Of a stretch of DNA of 64,000 bases, positions 58,362 through 64,000 are shown piece by piece. Position numbers and translations under genes: made by a program. The stretch is from assembly GCA_964019335.1 (NCBI GenBank), contig OZ025652.1, positions 62,001 to 126,000 on the forward strand, in the 5' to 3' direction. Every line of letters starts with the position of its first letter. Positions within the stretch are counted from its first letter, which is position 1. The notes beneath the pieces were generated by a model. The model had not been told where the DNA came from. It saw nothing but the letters and a program-made list of their open reading frames with translations, and made no database searches. This DNA is from Diplonema japonicum. Taxonomy: Eukaryota; Protista; Euglenozoa: Diplonemea.

Positions 58362-61300
58362 TTACAACAATCTATTATTAGGGCTAGTGATGTCTTCGTT
58401 TAGGAGGCGCGTTGCATCCTCTCGGACCTGTGATGGTGTGCGTGGCGGAATTACGGCATACCTTCTTGATGGTGGCCTCTTCTTCTTCGATGTTGGTTAT
58501 CATCTGCCTTTTGAAGGAGTTCATGCTTCGCACCTTCAGGTTAGTTGCTTTGTCGCACTGCGACTGTGTGATGATGTCCATTTCGTTGGCGTTTTCGTTA
58601 AACATTTTGTTGATCTTGTCCAGGCCTCGGGCGGTGAGCTCCCGTTCCAGCTCTTCGATGGTGGAGCTCTGCTCCTGGACCTTCTCGCGCAACAGGCGAT
58701 TCAAGACGACAAGCTCATTCTCAATTGGGTTGTTGCATTTCGCGTTCAAGTCTTCCTTCAATTTCTTAACTTCTGCAACACTCGCTCTGTATTGGCCTTC
58801 TTTCTCCGTGACCTTGCTTGTAAGATTTGCGATTAGTTCCTGGTCGGCTGCTGCTTGCTTAGACGTCTTCGCCTGCTGGCTCACCATTCTTGCAAGCTGC
58901 TGATCAGCCTCCTGATGTTTCTCTTGCAGCACCACGACACGCTCTCTCAACGTCAGCCTCTCCTCCCCCAGGATGCTCATTTGTTGCTTCATGACGTTGT
59001 TTACATGCTTCTCCTGCTCGATCTCCTCATGAATGGCGGCCCTGTCCTCCTTATGAGAACTTGATGCTTCACCCAGTTCCCTCTCCAAGTTTTCGATGTG
59101 TTGCTTCAGTCTCTTCGCTTCCGACTCTTTGAAGAGCAGTTCTGCAGCGGTCACCTCAATCTCTTTGTTCCCGAGCTCCACTTTGTCCGCTTCCATTTTG
59201 ATCAGCCTGTCCTTGGCCTCGAGCTCCTCCTTCAGTGTCGTCACCGTTTTCTGCAACTCAACCAGCTTTCCAACAGTCTTGTTGTGTTCAACGACCATAT
59301 CCCTGTGTGCCTTTTCGATCATCGTGCTCTGTTTGGCGCTGTTCTCGGCACCCTCGAGCTTCTTCCGCAAGGTTTCGTTTTCATTGTTCTTCTGGAGGAT
59401 TTGTTCCGCTTGGGTAGCCTGCAGGTCGGATGCTTCCCTGCGTTCCCTGTCGCCCTTGTCGTCCCGCTTCGCCTGTTCTTCTCGCAAAGCGGTCACCTCT
59501 TTGGCATGTGAAGTTAGCTCCAGCATCACATTCTGCACTCGCGTGCTACTGATTTTCAACTGCTTATCTTTTTCAGACAGTTGCTTCTTGTACCTCTCAA
59601 GCTGCTCTTTCAGGCTGTTGTTCGCGGCCTCTAGGTCATGCTTCACCTTTTTGACTGCTGCCTCCGAAGATGCCGTGTTCTTCTGCGATTCGCGCATTGT
59701 TTCGATTTCGGTTTTGTACTTCTCGCTATCGGTCTTCACCTGTTCCTGAAGCTCAGTAATCTGTACTGTGAGGTCCTTGTTCTCCTTGTCCACTCTCTCC
59801 TTCTCTTCTTCTTGGTCCCTTGCTATCTTCCGCAGTACGTTAATACGGTGTGACTTCTCCTTCGCGCTTGTCTTCCCTTCGCTGTCCTGTTTGCGCTCTG
59901 CACGTAAGCGCTGCAACTGTTCGAACAACAGGTCCCTCTCGCTGACCACTCTGTCCTGGTCTTCAAACAAACGCTTCACCTCGCCCTCCTTTGACTCGAT
60001 CTCCTCCTGCAGCTCTCCGATGCGTGTCTGCTCGCTCTTCAATTGTTGTTCTAGTTCCTGTGTTTCCTGAACGAAGTTATGTTGTTCGACCTCCACCTGC
60101 TGCTCAAGTCTCTTGATTTGCTTCTCCAACCTCCTGCACTTCGAGCGCTCCTCCTTCAGCAGCCTTGCCGACCTGTCGTCCTCCTCCTTCGACTTCCCCT
60201 TCCCAAGTTTTGCCTCCAACGCAGCAACTCTAGTGCGCAGGGCCTCCGCCTCCATCTCCGCTTGAAAGCACCTTTCTTCAAGAGTTTCAATATTGCGGGA
60301 CTCCTGCTTCTCAAAGTTCCTTAGCTTCGTCTGCAGGCCGTGGATCTTGGCGCGAAGCTCAAGAGTAAGCTTGCCAGACTGCTCTTCCTTGTTCACGGTG
60401 GCAACATTGATGATGCTGCGAGCCTTGCTGCTGTACCTCAGCGTTGAGATAGTCTCGTTGTAGTTCACCGCTGATGGGGAAATAGTAGCCACCATGAAGG
60501 TCTTGCTATTGCCGCCCAAGGAGTCGGACAAGAGCCACGTAAGAGCAGACTCTCTGTACGGTGGGAGCATGTTCTTGTTTTTGTCCCTTCGCTCGACCAG
60601 GCAGTCGATGACACGCCCTAATGTTGTAAGAGAAAGGTTGATCTTCTTCGCCTCTTCGAACCTGTCGCCCTGCACACCGCTCATGGACACACGCTCGCTG
60701 CCGGCCAGATCCACAAGGTTCACCTTGCAAGCCCGCGACTTCGTTTGTATGGTGTCATCGATCATCTCGCCGATCATCTCAAGACGCGTGACGGTAAGTG
60801 TGAAGATGGCGTGGCTGCGGCTGCTGGTGTCGTTGAGGTTGGTCTTTGCTGTGCTTCGTTCTTGGTCGCCCTTTTTGATGAGGCTGTAGATCCCAGCCAC
60901 ATCGTTAACCTGATGGGAAGAGAGGCCATCCACGTAGGGGCCTTGCTGCGGATGCTGCCTGACCTTCAACTGCGCACCTGTCCTTGACAGCAGATCTTTG
61001 ACCTTCTCGTTGTAGATCTCGTGGTACGACGCATCGACCTTGAAGGACAGAGTCGACTGCTCGGCCTGCTCGTTCTTGATGCGGTAGAACATCTCGTAGC
61101 AGAACCTGGGGATGACACCGCGTTTCATCGGGCATTGTATATCGCCCATCATGGTGTACGTCTTCCCACTGCCGGTCTGCCCGTAGGCAAAGAGACAGGT
61201 GTTGTAGCCCTGCCACATGCTTTCCACGACACGGGGGCCTATGTAGTTGTAGATTGCATCCTGAGAGGAGAAGGGTGCTGGCTTGCCTGGAGCGTTGTTG

Positions 61301-61503
61301 CTTTCGCTGGGAAGGCTCCAGAAGCACTTGTCGTACCCGAAGGAGTCTCGCACCTTGTAGTCGTTGTTGGGGTCCAGAATCGTTGTTGCTGTGTCCGTCA
61401 TTTGCACAATGGACTTTCCATGGCTGGCGTCGCCCTCCCTTGCGTTGAAAGGCCTCACTCTCACCAGCACCTGCACCCCAGCCGCCGTCTTGTCCCGCTC
61501 CAT
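58362..61503 (-). CDS. Kinesin-3-like motor with long coiled-coil tail
   Basis: VLVRVRPFNARE, FGYDKCFWS, AYGQTGSGKTYTM, SSRSHAIF, LVDLAGSER, YRESALTWLLSDSLGGNSKT. About 600 aa of heptads follow. One intron near 58428-58461. Confidence 0.92.
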
Positions 61504-61982
61504 CTTTACCTGTTTTGAGAATATTAAAGATGCGCCGATTAAAGAAAAGGGAAAAGAAAGTGGACAAAGAAGAAAAGTGGACAAAAAGGGATACGGGAGA
61601 AGAGAATGGAAGGAAAAGTGCAACAAAATAAAAATAGAGAGGGGAGATATATTTAAAGAAAAAAGAAAGAGAGAAAAAAAAAACGAGGAGAAAAAAAAAA
61701 TCTTCCATTGTTACCTGTGAATTGCTTCACGTTTACTTTTTTTGTTGTATTTTTTATTTATTTTTCCCAAAAGGGGGGCGAAAGGTGCTAAAGGGTAGCA
61801 CGCTCAAGGCAGGTCAACCGCACCTTCGATACGAGATCACAGGAGGGGTTGGTCTGCTTTAAGGGTCGCATGGGTTTTACACAAAAAAAAAAAGAAAGCC
61901 AAGAAAAGAAAATAATAGAAACAGTGCCGTTGTTGTTTAAAAGGCAGCTTCTTACCTTGTTATTTTTTTCTTTTTTGCATTC

Positions 61983-62611
61983 TTAGTCATCATCGTCCTC
62001 AAGGTCGAGACCCTTCTTCAAGGCCCAGTCGACGAACTCGTTGAAGAGCACCTGGCCACCGCCGTTCTTGTCAATCTGCTTGAAGGTGGCTGAGGGGTCT
62101 TCGATCTTCACACCCCACTTCTCGATGAGCGGGGTGGCCTGCGTGAACTCCTTCTCGTCCACCCTGCGGTCGTCACCAGTGTCGATCATCTCGAACATCT
62201 GCCACAGCTCAAACATCTGGCGAAGCGACACCTGTTGGGGGAGGAGATGGGGATGGGGATCGGGATGGGGGTTTCGTTTTTTGTAAAAAGAACACAACAC
62301 ACCATCAGAAGACGGAACTCAGATCTCGTGACATAATCGTCAGAGTGCGGGGTGTGCGAGGGGGCCGTGTCCTTCACAGCGTTGAAGGCACGCAGCATGG
62401 CAGGCTTGCAGTCGAACAAGTCGTCCGCCTTCAGCACGTCCCTCACACCCTTGTCAACCTCAGCGAGACTCAGGTACCCGTTGCCGTTCATGTCCATCCC
62501 GTTGAAGATCTGGCGACGCTTCTGCTTGTCCTTCGCAGACCTGCTGGATGGCAGCTTCGCACTGAGCTCAGCCCAGTCGATCTTCCTGTCTCCGCCACGA
62601 AGAGTAGACAT
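61983..62611 (-). CDS. Flagellar calcium-binding protein (FCaBP/calflagin-like EF-hand protein)
   Basis: W..L.AKLP, RRQIFNGMDMNGNGYLSLAEVDKG, RAFNAVKD, DYVTRSEFRLLM, FELWQMFEMIDTGDD, FKQIDKNGGGQVLFNEFVDWA. One 71-nt intron at 62232-62302. Confidence 0.9.
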
Positions 62612-62619
62612 CTTAACCC

Positions 62620-63260
62620 TACTGTTGACTACGTGTGGGAAGCAAGGGAAAGAAAAAAGTAAGAGGGGGGAAGAAATGGGGTGGGAGCACAGAATAAACA
62701 CGTCTGGTAAACAACCCCGACAGTGAATGCGAGGAGATGGAGAGAGGAGGGAAAGGGAGGGGAGTAGCACAGGGTTGCCCTTATCCAGCGAGACAGCATG
62801 GAGCGTCGCAAAAAAAAAAAAAAAAAAAAAAAGAAGAATGACTTTGGTTGCTTCATAAACCGCCTGGCGTACGAGCAACTTCTTTTCCGCGCTACCCTTC
62901 TGTGCTGAAGGATGCATGGCTGCGGGAGGGTGGACAGCGTTCTGGTAGGTTGTTGTGCTCTGTAGTCGGGCACGAAGGGGTCGGACCACTCTTTTCTCTG
63001 TGCAGTCGGTACTGCGCATTGTCTTTCCAGAATTTCGCACGTTCTGCTGGATGCGAATTTCGGCCTTCCGGTGTACCCCTTCAGTCGCTTGGGTGCACCT
63101 ATCGATCGTAATGCCACGGATTCAGTTATTTCCTTGGGCATGAACGGCTTTGGTGCGTGTGCCTCGGCTGCGCCCATCAGTCTTTCAATTATTTTTGCCA
63201 ATCGGTTGGCCCTCTCGGTGATGTCGTTCTGCCTGCCCAAAACGTACACCCCACTCGTCG

Positions 63261-63306
<46 letters not shown>

Positions 63307-64000
63307 AAGAGAACAAAGCTGACTCATGTTGAAGGGCAGTAACTGTACAATTTCTACTTTTTCTGATTTTTTGCTGCTAATTTTACGGGGGGGGGGGGGG
63401 ATGTTTATTATTCACTGTTCTGAATTTACTTCACAGGGGGTCTCACTTTCTGAAATCATATGTTGAGTTAAAGGAGGCTTAGTACCCCCTTGTCCTCATA
63501 TACCATTTCCTACTGCTTCGTGGCACAATGGCCAGTATGCATATGAAACAGAAACTTCTCTCTCTCTGTAAAAAGCCCAGTGAAGAGTGGTGAAGTTATT
63601 TTAGATAGTTGTGCAAAACGACATCTAGGGGGGTGGACTCTGCCAATCTATTCTCTTTTTCTTTTTTTCTTCAACACGATCGGTACATCACACAGCAACC
63701 TGCGGAATCGCTCAAAAAGATGTCAACGGATCTACCAAAAAAAAAAAAAAAAAGAGAAAAAGAAAACTAAAGAAGAAAAAAAAAGAATGGTGAGAACGTA
63801 AGAGGGTGGAGTAAGATCAACATGTATAGATGACTGGTGCCTTGAGGTCACGTCTTAAACTTGGGTTATGTTCGGTCATGTTACGCTGCACAACTCTAAA
63901 ACCCGTCTTTTTTTTTTTTTCCTTTTTTCATTTTTTGTCTGACAGGTTCTAGAGATATGGAGCGTACTGATTCTGCGATTCTTGCATTGCCGTTACTTAT
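62620..64000. repeat. Homopolymer-rich non-coding region
   Basis: A-run at ~63261-63305, G-run at ~63387-63400 and several T-runs. Confidence 0.8.

Noticed and set aside
1-62611. Non-canonical (non-GT-AG) introns of the kind reported in euglenids and some marine diplonemids
   Set aside because: All introns I could model are GT-AG. No gene required a non-canonical junction.
1-64000. tRNA, SL RNA or snRNA genes
   Set aside because: No cloverleaf, A/B-box pair or spliced-leader exon sequence recognised by eye. A covariance-model scan would be needed to exclude them.

Overview
Eukaryotic nuclear DNA, most likely a euglenozoan protist with introns (diplomonad-free Euglenozoa, probably a diplonemid; this is inference). 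All 23 protein genes I can model lie on the minus strand, head-to-tail, often only about 50-130 nt apart. They are interrupted by more than 30 mostly tiny (31-44 nt) GT-AG introns with a GTATG donor and a C/A-rich acceptor usually ending ACAG. Similar unpaired acceptors sit just upstream of many start codons, consistent with SL trans-splicing of a polycistronic-like unit. The genes include euglenozoan-type markers (flagellar calcium-binding protein, extended mitoribosomal uS5m and mL38). Housekeeping genes are CSN7, PAC4, dynein p28, two DHHC acyltransferases, a metacaspase, JMJD6, a kinesin-3, a PPR protein and a MOV10/SDE3-like helicase. An 18.8-kb gene encodes a ~6,180-aa type I surface protein with Cys-rich repeats, 16 Calx-beta-like repeats and ~60 EGF-like repeats. 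The compact gene blocks alternate with homopolymer-rich islands (14.4-15.0, 40.3-46.2, 49.5-53.8 and 61.5-64 kb). These islands hold two paralogues of an unrecognised CxHNxWD Zn-binding protein family, a decayed LSU rRNA fragment carrying the R2/I-PpoI target site, and a Sola-like non-autonomous TIR element. Gene models were spliced by hand; for the giant gene, the channel, uS5m and CSN7 the spliced length was checked to be a multiple of 3. No database searches were possible.
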